This document shows, in pieces, positions 21,510 through 36,435 of a DNA stretch of 64,000 nt. Origin of the DNA: the human T2T-CHM13v2.0 reference genome, Homo sapiens; NCBI RefSeq assembly GCF_009914755.1, contig NC_060940.1; one strand, given 5' to 3'. A program made the position numbers and the translations under genes. Position 1 is the first letter of the stretch. Every line of letters starts with the position of its first letter. Below the pieces are notes generated by a model. That model was not told the DNA's origin, did no database searches, and saw only the letters and a program-made list of their open reading frames with translations.

Positions 21510-23349
21510 TATCCTCTTTTGTGAAATACCTGTTTAGGTTTTTGCCCACTTCTAACAGGATCTGTCTTTTTCTTCTTGATTTATAAGAGTTCTCTATATA
21601 GTCTAGATATGAGTCTTAGATTAGTGTATTGCAAACTTCTTCCAGTGGTTTGCCTTTCACTCTCTCAGTTTCATCTAATTTATCAGTCTTTTCCTTATGG
21701 TTAATGTTTATCGTGTCTTGTTTAAGAAATGTTTGCCAACCCCCAGAACCTCTAGGTCATGAAGCCTATTATCTTGTCTTTAAGAAAGTTTATTGTACTT
21801 TTTTTTTCACATTCAGGTCTATAAGCCATCTGGAATTCATTGTTGGTTTATGGTGTGAGGTAAGGATGAGATGAATGCTGCTGTTCTTTTTAAATTTTTT
21901 ATAGAGCCAATAGATTCAATACCATTTATTGAAAATAGAATCCTTTCTCCCCCTGAGTTACTGTTTTTAAAATCAGATAACTATATAAGTGTGGGTCTGT
22001 CTCTGGGCTCTCTATTCTGTTTCATTTGTCTATTCATTTTTTTGCCAAGATCATCCTTTTTAAATTATGACAGCTTTTAAATAAGTCTTGAAATCTTGAG
22101 GCATAAGTCCCTCTCCCACATTTTCTTCTTTAAGAATGTCTGAAAAGAATGTTTTTGGCCTTTTGCATTTTCAGATAAATTTTAGAATCAGCTTGTCAAT
22201 TTCCATTAAAAATGTGCTAGGATTATGGTTGGGATTGCATTGAATCCATAAATCACTTTGGGGAGAACTGGCATCTTGAGTCTTTGATCCAAAAACATGG
22301 CTTATCTCAACATTTATTTAGGTCTTCTTGAGTTGCTCTCATTAATGCCTTGTAGTTTTTAGCATCAAAATCTTGTACATCTTTTTGTGAGGTTTAATCC
22401 TATTTATATGATTTTTATGCTAATGCAAATGATATCATTTAAAATGTTCATTTTCCAGTTATTTTTCACAAATATATAGAAATATAATTAATTTTTGTAT
22501 ACTGACCTTTTTTTACAGGCTTGCTAACTTCATTAATTAATTTTAATATTTTGTCTGTAGATTATTTTGGGTTTTCTTCTTATGTATTCATGTCATCTGT
22601 CCATGATGGTGATTTTATTTTTTTCTTGCCAATCTTTATGCCTACTATTTCTCCTTCTTGCCTACTGCACTGGCTTAGACCTCTAATACAATGTTGAATA
22701 TAAATGGTAACAGCTGACATCTTTGTTATGTTTATACGACTTTAGGAGAAATATTTATATTTTTCCATTAAGTGATATTTGCTGTAAGTTTTTTATAGAT
22801 ACCCTGCATCAGATTAAGTTCCCCTCTATCCCTACTTTGCTAAAAGTTTTTATCATAAATACATGTTGAATTGTATGAAATGCTTTTTATTGGCATCTAT
22901 TAAGATAAACATTTATATTTCTCATTTATGTTGTTAGTGTGGAGAATTACATACATTTTCTAATGTTACATTCTTGGTAAAAAATAATTCTTCCTATGAT
23001 CCTGATGTATTATCCTTTTGCTATATTGCTAGATTGGGTTTCTCAATATTTTATTTCAGATTTTTGCCTTTACGTTTAGTAGGGCTGTTCTTCTATTTCT
23101 TTTCTTGTAGGGTCCTGCCAGGTTTTGGAATCAAGGTTATGCCAGCCTCATTGAACTAGTTGACAAGTGTTCTTATTTTTTCTGTTCTCTGGAAGAGTTC
23201 ATGTAAGATTCGTATTATTTCTTCCTTAAATATTTGAAAGAATTCACCAGTGAAGACACCTGGGCCTGGAGTTTTCTGGTTTTGGTGTGTTTGTTTGATT
23301 TGGTGGTAAGTAGAAGGTGTGTTTTGAAATCCTGTCTGTCCCAGAGGCC

Positions 23350-23990
<641 letters not shown>

Positions 23991-24046
23991 AGGAAGTCAA
24001 ATGGAGGCCCTTTCCCCACAAAGTCACAAGAAGCACAATGAATCAC

Positions 24047-24935
<889 letters not shown>

Positions 24936-25319
24936 AAAGCCTCATCTTTTTAATAATTAAAGTTGACCATTGTCTTCACTGAACTTACACAGAAACAAAA
25001 CCATGCAATATAATTCTGTATTCCTTGCCAAGTTACAATGTCATTGTGGAACAAAATGCAATGAACATGAAAATAAGACTTTCTCAGCTTCTTTGTAAAT
25101 GGAACTGTTTAATATTATTTTGTTAATGGGTAGAATAAAATGTAATCTGATGGTGAAAACATTCTTCTTGACATTGTGGAAAATACCTCCCTATATTGCA
25201 TGTGATGGAAAAGCAATTCGACTGGGAAAAGTTTACTGAATTAAGCTTACTGAATTCTGGCCTATTGACCTTATAATAAGCATGTTAGATGAGACGTTAT
25301 AAGGGCTCAAGTAATACCT

Positions 25320-26140
<821 letters not shown>

Positions 26141-26833
26141 TTAAAAGACGTCCCATTAGAGAGCAAATGTCTGGTAATACGGTATAGTGCGTTGAATACA
26201 CATCCCATATACTCAATGAGTTCATCTGAAGACTAAGAATATTCAAAAGCGCAATTCAACCAGACGAGAGTACAAAGGCCTGTGTTTGTTTGATATCATC
26301 ATGCAGCCAAAAAAGGTAGAGTTATACACTTGGTATGTATAGAAGACATGCAAAATCTGTGTTACAATACAGGGTTCCATCAAATACTTCCTTTGAAAAA
26401 CAGGATTCTGTTAAATAATGTTTGGGACCCAGTAGGACTAAATGAGGGAAGGTAAGGACTCTCCACCACCACCCAGCTCCCTTTTAAGTAGGAAAGAGCT
26501 TGAAAATCCCCACCTCTGAGAAAGGGGCCTTGCGGGGGCTCTGGGGCACATCTCAGAACAATTCTCAAGGCAAAGGCTCTTGAAAGATTCTGAGCTCAGA
26601 TAAAGTGATGTTTAAGGAAGCTCTTCTGGCAAGGCATGAGCCAATGCACCCAGTTCTCTTAAAAACAAGAAAACAAAAAACAAACCAAAAAAACCAAATA
26701 ATATATTGTTTATGCACAGATACATTTGTGATAAAACTATAAAACATTGGAATGATAAATATGAAATGTCAGATTGTGGTTATCTCTGGGGATAGGAAGG
26801 TATATGGGAAGACCATCTGGAAAACTGCAAGGT

Positions 26834-27122
26834 TTTTTAAGATGAGGTGTCACTCTGTTGCACAGGCTGGAGAGCAGTGGCACGACCAGGGCTCACTGCA
26901 GCCTTGACCACCTGGGCTCAGGTGATCCTCCCACCTCAGCCTCCCCAGTAGCTGGGACTACAGCTGCACACTACCATGCCCAGCCAATTTTTTTGTATTT
27001 TTTGTAGAGACAGGGTTTCACCATTTTGCCCAGGCTGGTCTTGAACTCTGAGGCTCAAGCTACCCTCTTGCCTCAGCCTCCCAAAGTGCTGAGATTACAG
27101 GCGTGAACCACTGTGCCTGGCC
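26834..27122 (-). mobile_element. AluJ flanked by L1 remnants
   Basis: Reverse Alu consensus. Confidence 0.9.
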
Positions 27123-27726
27123 ACTTTTTCCATTTAACATTATGTTTCCAAGATTCATCCATGGTGTATCTGTGGCTGAAGCACACTCATTTTTCACTGC
27201 TGTGTAATGCTCCATTGCATAATATCCCACAATTTATTTATCCTTTTTTTTTTTTTTTGGTTAACAGATATTTGGCTTGTTTCAAGTTTTTTGCTAATAT
27301 GAACTGTGCTGCTATGAAGATTCTTACTTATAACTCCTGGTGCATATGTGTAAGAGTTTCTCTAGGGCATATATCTAGGAGTTGAATTACTGGGTTTTAC
27401 AATGTAGAAATATTCAGCTTTAAAAGGCAAGTGTCCGGAATTTTCATTTGGCAATATTGCACAAGCATTTGTCTATGTCATTAAAAGTGCTTTTTTTTTT
27501 TTTTACATAAAGAAAAAGCAAAGTAAAAGTATAAAACATTATTCAGATGCAAGATACTATTATCTTTGTGGATATTCTCTGACCATAGCGGGGTCTGGTT
27601 ACATATATAATAGCTTCAGGGCAAAGGCCACATTCATACATATTGTTAATCAGCACCAATTATTTATAGAGAACTCACAATATGCTGGTGTGAGGTATTA
27701 AAAATAAACAAAGCTGGACACTAGTT

Positions 27727-28430
27727 GCTATAGACTTCTTAATGTTTGTGTCCTCCCCCTTCAAATTTATATGTTGAAACTCTGCTCTCCATTGGGATGG
27801 TATTAAGAGGGGAGGACTTTGGTAGGTGATTGGGTCATGAGAGTGAAGCCCTCATGAATGGGATTAGAGCCCTAATAAAAGAAATATTGGAGAGCTCCCC
27901 TCACCCTTCTGTGTGTGGTTACAGGGAGAAGAGTGCTATATTAGTCCGTTCTCATGCTGCTGTGAAGAAATACCTGAAACCAGGTCATTTATAAAGAAAC
28001 GAGGTTTAATTGACTCACAGTTCCGCATGGCTGGGGAGGCCTCAGGAAACTTATAATTATGGTGGAAGGCACATGTTCACAGGGCAGCAGGACAGGGAAT
28101 GAGTGCAAGCAGGGGAAATGCCAGACGCTTATAAAACCACCAGATCTCATGAGACTTACTATCGTGAGAACAGCATGCCAGAAACTGCCCCCCATGATCT
28201 GGTTACCTCCACCTGGTCTCACCCTTGATATGTGGAGATTATGGGGATTATAATTCAAGGTGAGATTTGGGTGGGGACACAGAGCCAAACCATATCAAGT
28301 GCTATCTATGAATTAGGAGGCAGGCCCTCAGCAGACACTGAATCTGCGGGTGCTTTAATCTAAGGCTTCCCAGCCTCTAGAACTGTGAGAAAAAAATTTC
28401 TGTTGTGTATAAGCCATCCAGTCTATGGAT
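27727..28430 (+). mobile_element. MST/MLT1A-type MaLR LTR, split by THE1
   Basis: aatgtttgtgtcc...atgttgaaac...cagcctctagaactgtgaga. Confidence 0.75.
27937..28297 (-). mobile_element. THE1-type MaLR solo LTR
   Basis: tattagtccgttctcatgctgct...gtggggacacagagccaaaccatatca; 5-bp TSD AGTGC at 27932-27936 and 28298-28302. Confidence 0.85.
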
Positions 28431-28879
28431 GAGTCTGACCCCACTTGTCCCTACTCACCATCTTCCAGCCGCACACCCCTTCTTTCTAGTCTCCAAACAC
28501 TAAGCTGGCTTCCCCTGGAGACTTCACTCTTGTTCCCTCTGCCTGGAATTCTTTGAAGCCAGAACTTTGCAAGCCCCATCCTTTCTCATCCTTCTTTATT
28601 CAGCTCAAGATGTCGCCATCTCAGAAAGGCCTCCCTTCAACATCCAAGCATTCTCTCTCCCATCACCCTGTTTTTTCTTCATAGCTCTTCTTGCAAAGTG
28701 CAGTTATTTATTACATTTTTGTTTCCCCTGCCAACCTGGGAACTCAATGAGGGCAGCGATCTTGTCTGACGTGGTCGCCACGGTGTTGCCAGTTCCTAGA
28801 CTAAGGCCTGGCCCTTGGATGGCGCTCAAGAAGGAGTAAGAAATTCCTTTAACTTAGGGAATTCTGGAATCGCTTTCTC

Positions 28880-29620
28880 CCGGCAGAGCCGACTCTAACC
28901 AAGTGGGAAAGGCGAGGTCCGTGGCTGCCTGTGGCCCAGGGGTGACGGTTTGGCCCAAGGCCCCACCTCCGCCCCGCCCCCGGCCCCGCCCCTGTTCTTG
29001 TCCTCCCCCACGGGTCTCCATAAAGTTCATTTGGCGTCGCACCGCGCGAGGGCTTCTGGGAGCGGCCAGCCTTGGCCAATCAGGAAGCGGGGGAGAGCGG
29101 CGCGAGAAGCGGCGGCCGCGTCCTCAAGCCGGCACCTGAGCGGCGGAGACGGCTGTAGCACAAGGTAAGGGTGTGTCTGGTCGCGTCCTTGCGACCCTGG
29201 GCTTGTCCTTGAACCCAGGACCCCGTGACTGGGTGGAGCGCCGTCCCCACGCTCGGAACCCCGCCGCTCATACTTCCCGTTCTCCTCATGGCAGCCGGGC
29301 ACGCCTGACGCCGGCGACACAACGCCTTGTCGAGCCGCCCCCGAGGCTTGGAGTCGGGCTGCATCCCTGGGGGTGCCTTTCATTCGTCCACTTTCTGAAT
29401 GCAGAACCTAGGCCTCCCGACTCCCCCTTCCCCACTGTGGTGCCCTCGCGCCACGCCCCTGCCCTCACCTCCACCTCGTGCCCCGCGAGCCCACCCTGCC
29501 TAAGCCTGCGCCACAACGCCCCGCCTGCTTACCTTCCTGACCGTGCCCTGCCTGCTTGCCTACCCCTCGTGGACACACCCTGTAGGGAGGCGTTGCTCTG
29601 CGAGGGAAGGGGTCTTTGGG
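28880..29620. promoter_or_regulatory. NUP93: CpG-island promoter of NUP93
   Basis: CpG-dense; GC boxes 28969-28992, E2F-like TTTGGCG 29030-29036, CCAAT 29076-29080, ETS-like CAGGAAG 29081-29087; no clear TATA. Confidence 0.9.
29085..29164 (+). other. NUP93: NUP93 exon 1 (non-coding 5'UTR; start approximate)
   Basis: Strong donor AAG|GTAAGG at 29164/29165 in CpG island just downstream of CCAAT; no ATG. Confidence 0.85.
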
Positions 29621-30059
29621 GCGAGGGGAACTTATCCCAACCCTTGGCTTACCTTTTGTACATCCAGGAGGATGCTGGTGATTGGAACCCAGGGGTGGCC
29701 CACCCTTCTCTGTGCTTACTCCATCCCGTTCCCTGCAGAGGCGATGCCCAAGTTCACTGGGTTTCTTTTGAAAAAATTATGGGGCCGACCCCATGGGTCC
29801 TTGGTGAAAGTATGAAAGACACGTTGACAGAGCCTCTGGTCTGGATTTGCCCTTCTGCCAGACGTGGGAAGGAGGTTTTATTTATTTAATTTTTATTTTG
29901 ACCGAGTTGTCTTTCAGCAAAAGCGAGGGTCACCTTTTTGTATTCTTTCCAGGGTATGTGGGAGGGTATCCTCGGTCATCCTAGCTTTTCTTCTTTATTT
30001 TTTTTTCTTTAAATTCTCCTTTGTGCATTTGTGTTTGCAATATTTTTATTTTCATTGAT

Positions 30060-31280
30060 GGTGATTTCATAGCATTAAATACATACATATCAGAGGCTAA
30101 CAGATTCCGTATTTATATCTTCATCGCAGGTCTCACCCCTGACCTTTATCCAGCCACCCACTTAATATCTCCACTGAGATGGGTTATAGGCAACTCAAAT
30201 TAAACATGCCAAGAGAGGGCTAGCAAGCTCCCCTTCATTACTCTCCCCAAACTGCTCCTGTTGCCTCTTTTTTCTCATCTCAATAATAGGAAAGACCTTG
30301 GCTAATAACTTTTGAGCCATCGTTGACTGCTGTCTTTCTTTTTCTTTTCTTTCCTTTTTTTTTTTTTCTTTTGAGACAGTCTCCCTCGGTCGCTCAGTCT
30401 GGAGTGCAGTGGTGCGATCTCGTGTCATCGTGTGACTGCAACCTCTGCCTCCCAGGCTCAAGTGATTCTCCTACTTCGGCCTCCCAAGTAGCTGGGATTA
30501 CAGGCGTGTACCACCTCACCTGGCTAATTTTTGTATTTTTAGTAGAGACGGGATTTCACCATGTTGGCCAGGCTGGTCTTGAACTCCTGGCCTCAAGTGA
30601 TCCGCCCATTTCGGCCTCCCACAAAAGTGTTGGAATTACAGGTGTGGGCCACCACACCCAGTCTTCTGTTTTTCACGCCACAAATAATACTTGCCACCCT
30701 GGGCCAGGTCACCACCTCTGGTTTGGATTATTGAAATAGTTTCCCATTTGGTCTTCCTGCTTCTGTCCTGGCCCCTGTTTTTTGCACAGCAGCTAGAGGG
30801 ATCTTTTTAAAACACAGGCTGTCAGATCGTATCATTCCTTTACTTAAAAGAAAAAAAAAACCCTCCAATGGGTCCCCATCTCATTAATAATGATAGACAA
30901 ACCCCTTTACAGTGAGCTATAAGGCTTTACATAATCTGACCCACTGTTACTTTCCCAGTCTCATTTTCTGCTCCCTCCCTTTCCAAACGTCAGACATGCT
31001 TTAGCCTCAGGGCATTTGTGCTTGCAAGTTAATATCCATGTAGTTTGCACTCACTTCTTCCAGGTCTTCACTAGGGAGGCACCTAGTGAGGCTTTCCCCA
31101 TTTCCCGCCTCCCTTCATTGCTTTAGTTGTTCTTAGCACTTATATTTCACGTATTTTTCTTGTGTATTGTTGTCTTCCCCCTGTAGAATGTGAGTGAGGG
31201 GATTTTTATCTGTTTTGTTCACTGATGTGTTCCTAGCACCTAGGTCTGGCACACAGTAGGTGCTCAAAAAATATGAACTA
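30060..31280 (+). mobile_element. L2 3' portion interrupted by Alu (30334-30661, -)
   Basis: Ends ctggcacacagtaggtgctcaaaaaatat, the L2 3' end. Confidence 0.8.
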
Positions 31281-31284
31281 GATG

Positions 31285-33800
31285 AATGTTACTGGCACTC
31301 TTGCAGGCATGGGGATGCAGTGGTGAATGAGACAGGCCTGCCCTCATTGAACTGATAAGCCTGTGGAGGGTACCACTAGCAATAAAAGCACAGATAGGAA
31401 GTGTGATGTCAGGGCTGTTTCTTAAAGGAGGACAGGGATATTTGAATAGAGACCTGCTTGAAATGAATGAGCAGGTCATGGGACTATCTGAGAGCATTGC
31501 TGGTAGTGGGTAGAGCAGGTGCAAAGACCGTGCAGTGTGAACAGCTGGAGATGTGGTGAGCCTGAGGGTCTGAACCAGCCTCTTCATAGACTGATGTAGA
31601 AAATAAGGTTGACAGAAAGATGGATGTGCCAAGGAGGGGGACAGGTTGGAGCAAAGATCCGAAGGTGAGAGGGCCCACTCCTCATGAAAAAGTTTATTTA
31701 AAGAATATGGAGTTAGAGGGAAGATCTTTCACTGGTGTGTTCAGGGAACAGGTCACTTTAATTCAACAAATATGTATCTGATCCTGTTATGTGCCAGACT
31801 TAATGCTGAGGACTCAGAGTTGAGCATCTGTGGACCTTACCCTATAGGAAATTTGCCACTAGAGAGGGAGACATATGTGTGATGAAATAATCACAACTGC
31901 TGCACTAGGGAAGAACAGTATAGAAGATTCAGAGTAGTGTGGGAGGGGTTGGCATAGGTGGGACTTTCCCAGCTGGCTGCAGCATACATAGGAGTTCCCC
32001 ATGTGACAAGATAGGGTTGGGGATGTGTTATAGAGAGTGTGTACTTAGCATGTACAGGAGTATGAAGGGAGGAAACAGGCACCCCAAAGAATAGAGAATT
32101 GCTAGGGTATATAATTGGGGGAAGGCAGCGAGGGATGAGGATAGTAAGGGTGGCAGTGTCTGTTCTATGGAGAGCACCCTTTATAGCTCTGTCAAAACAT
32201 GAGCATCTTATTCTGTAGGGGATGGAAGGTGTCCCTGATGGACTTAAGGCAGGAAAGCATTTCAGAAAGACCTCCCTGACCATGGGGAGGTTGATTGGAG
32301 GAACAAGAAGGCTTAGTCGGCGTGCAAGTCAGAGAAGGGGCGAGAGATGAGGGTATGACTTTGCAAAAGGTTTGAGAAGTAGAGCTTGAGATTGGCTGAG
32401 TGTTGAGGAGGTGAAAGGGGCGCTGGGGTGACTTGAAGGTGGTTCCTGGCTTACCTGACTGTGTGCTAATTGTTTTACGAAAAGAGACTGGGAACCCACG
32501 AGAAGGAAGCATTGGTGGTGGCAGTGGCTAAGGAGAGAGAAGTGATGAGTCTGATTTGGGACATGTGTAGTTTGAGGCACCCATGAGTCATCCAGGTGTA
32601 GGTATTAGGTGGACAGTTGGAAATACTGGCTTGGGAAAATAGTTGGGCTGGACATAGAGATATGAGAATCCCCTTTGTTTTGATAGATTAGAGTCCTCCT
32701 AGCTCACTTATTTGCCTTGTATTAATGTCTGTTAATACCTCCATCTCTTCTCCCCTGAATAACATAACGTTTGAAATATTTTATAGCTTTATACTTTTTT
32801 ATAGCTTCAACTGTGTCCTCAAACAGCTAGATCCCCCATACACAGTTGCTAAAAGCCAGAAGAAACTTTCTCAAACCTTGCCAAAAATTCCTACATTGAT
32901 CTGTTAGGTACACCAAAGTTATAGTCTTCTCTTCCTTCCTTCATTCATTTAACACATATTTATTGAGCATTAGGTGCTGTTGTTCAGTGTACTGGGAATG
33001 GGGCTGTGGACAGACCAGACAAGGTTCCCAGACTCAAGGAGCCTGTTAGGAGACAGACAATAAATGAACAAACAGGTAGGCATGTGATGCCAGAAATTGA
33101 TAACATACTACCAACGAGGTAAAACAGAAATGTGGTAGAGTGGACGGTGGGGCTGCTTTAGCTGGGGTGTGCTGAGAAGCTTCTTTAAAAAGGAAACCTT
33201 TGAGCAGAGATTTGAAGGAATTAAGGGGGTTAGCTAGGTAGGTATTTTGGAGGAGAATATTCCTGCAGATGCAGAGGAAACAGTGACTGAAAGCCCAAGT
33301 CAGCAGTGTATTTAGCATATTTGAAGAAGAGTGGAAGGCCATAGGACCAAAGTACATAATCCTGGGGAAGAGTGGTAACAGAAGGAGTTGGGTCGGGGAC
33401 AGTCATGTAGGCCTCACAGCACAGGGTAAGGACTTTGGATCTCAGCCTGTGAGTGACGGGGGCTATTGAAGGTTTGAGCCCCTTTAGAGGATCCTTCCCA
33501 GTGTGGTGTGGAGAACAGACTGGGAAGTGGGAGGGGACAAAGTAAGAACAGGGAGACAGGAAGCTACTATATCACCCAGATGTGACACATGAGAGTGGCT
33601 TGCACCAGGATGATAGTGGTAGAAGAGACAAAAAGTGGGTCTGACTCATGTATATATGAATAAATGTAGTGTAGAAATGAATTGCTAATGTAGGGTATAA
33701 GAGGAGAAAAGAAGTCAAGGACAATGCCACGGTTTTAGACCTGAGCAACTTCTAGCATGAAGATACTATTTACTGAAATGAGGAAGATGGGGAAGGTCCA
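31285..33800 (-). mobile_element. Several minus-strand L2 fragments
   Basis: attcaacaaatat / cattcatttaacacatatttattgagc starts; purine-rich L2 bodies. Confidence 0.7.
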
Positions 33801-34515
33801 AGTCTTTGTTAGATGCTAGAATACGGCCTTCCTCCCCCTAACCCCTCCCACTCCATGCACCCTACTGTCTGTGCCCATCTCTATCTTTCTGACACGGCTG
33901 TTGCCCTGCTGAAAAACCTGTGTACCAGTTGGTCCCTTTGGACACCAGAGGTCTGCTGTGAGGATGACATTAGATTATACAAATAAAGCCCATAGTGGGG
34001 ACTCATACACAGACAGAGCTCAGGAGATGATGTCGGGCAAATAAATGAATGGAGTAAAAGGAATTTAGATGAGGGAAACTTTCTGTAGGTAATGTGTATT
34101 GAGGAAGACCATTTGGTAGGTAGGACTTGAGTTGGTGGTAATAATGATAGCTAATGTTTATTGAGTGGTTACTTTGTGACAGGTGAGGGAGATGCAGTTA
34201 TTTTTCCATTTCACAGATGAGGCCCAGAGAGAGTAATTAATTTGCCCAAAGTCATCGAGCTAAAGAGTGAAGGAGCTGGCTGGAGCTCAGGGCTGCAGTG
34301 GAAGGTTGGGTAGGTGTTTCTTTTTGGGAAAAATGGCACAGAGCAGGACATGTGCAAGGATAGTCAGGGACCAAGTAAATCAAGTGACTGGTACACAAGG
34401 TTTATTCTGGGAGGTAGAAAGTTAAAAGCAGTGACTCACCTGGATGGATCCCTGTGAATGGGAGCCAGTGAGGTTTTTTGAGCAGGGGCAACAGCCGTGT
34501 CAGAAAGAGAGATGG

Positions 34516-34847
<332 letters not shown>

Positions 34848-35001
34848 CTAGGAGGAGGAAGCCCATGTTCTAGCATGTAAGAAGGACTTAGACTTAAAGG
34901 AATGAAGGTCTGGCCTTAGGTGGTAGTGATGGGGATGAAAGCGATAGTTAGAGGATGTTGCAAAAATATAAATACCCCATGCTATTTAAATCTGTTTAGG
35001 A

Positions 35002-35347
<346 letters not shown>

Positions 35348-36059
35348 TTATCTGAGTCTGTAGTATTTCGTTTCCTGAGTTTTAGTTAGAGAGTAGCAAT
35401 AGTTTGGATAATGAGGAATACCTGCCTGCTTGCTATGGAAAAATGTATCTACATGTGTTTGGTTTCTGAGTCTGAGAGTGGAGGGACACCTGTAAGTAAA
35501 CAATCTGAGGTAACACAGAGATGCAAAGGAACAGGGTGAGTTAGAACCTGGGAGACAGAAGCCAGGGGCAGAGGCGGAGGAGGAGTTGGGGGTGGATAAC
35601 TGCATTTGGAGACATGGTGGGTGTGACAGTTATGTGCTTGAGAGGAGATGCACCAGTGGTGCCTGGAAACTCACGGTTGGAGTTTGAGTGCACGGGGGCA
35701 GGTGTGGATTTGACAGTCATTGCCATTGAGTCTTCAAGGGCAGTGGTGAGACACACACTGTGAAGTAGGGAATTTAGAGCAATATTAAAATTAACAAGTT
35801 ATTAAAAATTATGTAAGATCACATATACTCATGGAAAAGAATTTGCCCTGACAAGGGAATCAAATGAAAAGTAGAAAAGTCTCCCAACTCTCACCTTGGT
35901 AATGCTAGGTTGTTTCTTGCTAAGTCAGTGCTTTGTTTCTTGCTATTCCTTCTAAAAAACTGTGAGTCAACCTTAAGTATACAGCTTAGGGAATTTTTAC
36001 ACATTTATTCACTTATGTGACCACTGTCCATATTGAAATATAAAGCATTTCTGGTACTT

Positions 36060-36435
36060 TGGTCAGCTCAGATCACCATAATAAAATATCAAAATATCTG
36101 TTGTTCTGGCTTAAACAGAAATTTATTTCCTCACAGTTTTGGAGGCTGGAAGTCCGAGATCAGGATGCCAGCATAGTTGGGTTCTGGTGAGGGCCCTCTT
36201 CCTCGCTGCTCAGTGTGTAGTCAAGACCTTTCTTTGATGTGTATGTGTGGGGAGAGGTAGGTGGAGGAAAGCAAGCTTTCTGGTGTGTCTAAGGGCACTT
36301 ATCCCATCCTGAAGACCCCACCCACGTCACCTCATCTGAGTCTAATTACTTCCCAAAGACCCCATCTCCAAATAGCATCACATTGTGGGGTAGGGCTTCA
36401 ACACAGGAATTCTGAGAGAATACAGTTCAGTCCTT
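36060..36435 (-). mobile_element. MLT1A-like MaLR LTR within L1 remnant
   Basis: aacagaaatttatttcctcacagttttggaggctggaagtccgagatc...gggcttcaacac. Confidence 0.75.

Noticed and set aside
29173-29889. 238-aa ORF, and other ORFs over the CpG island
   Set aside because: Non-ATG start in GC-rich intron 1, Pro/Arg-rich low complexity with no recognisable domain; stop codons are scarce in CpG islands.
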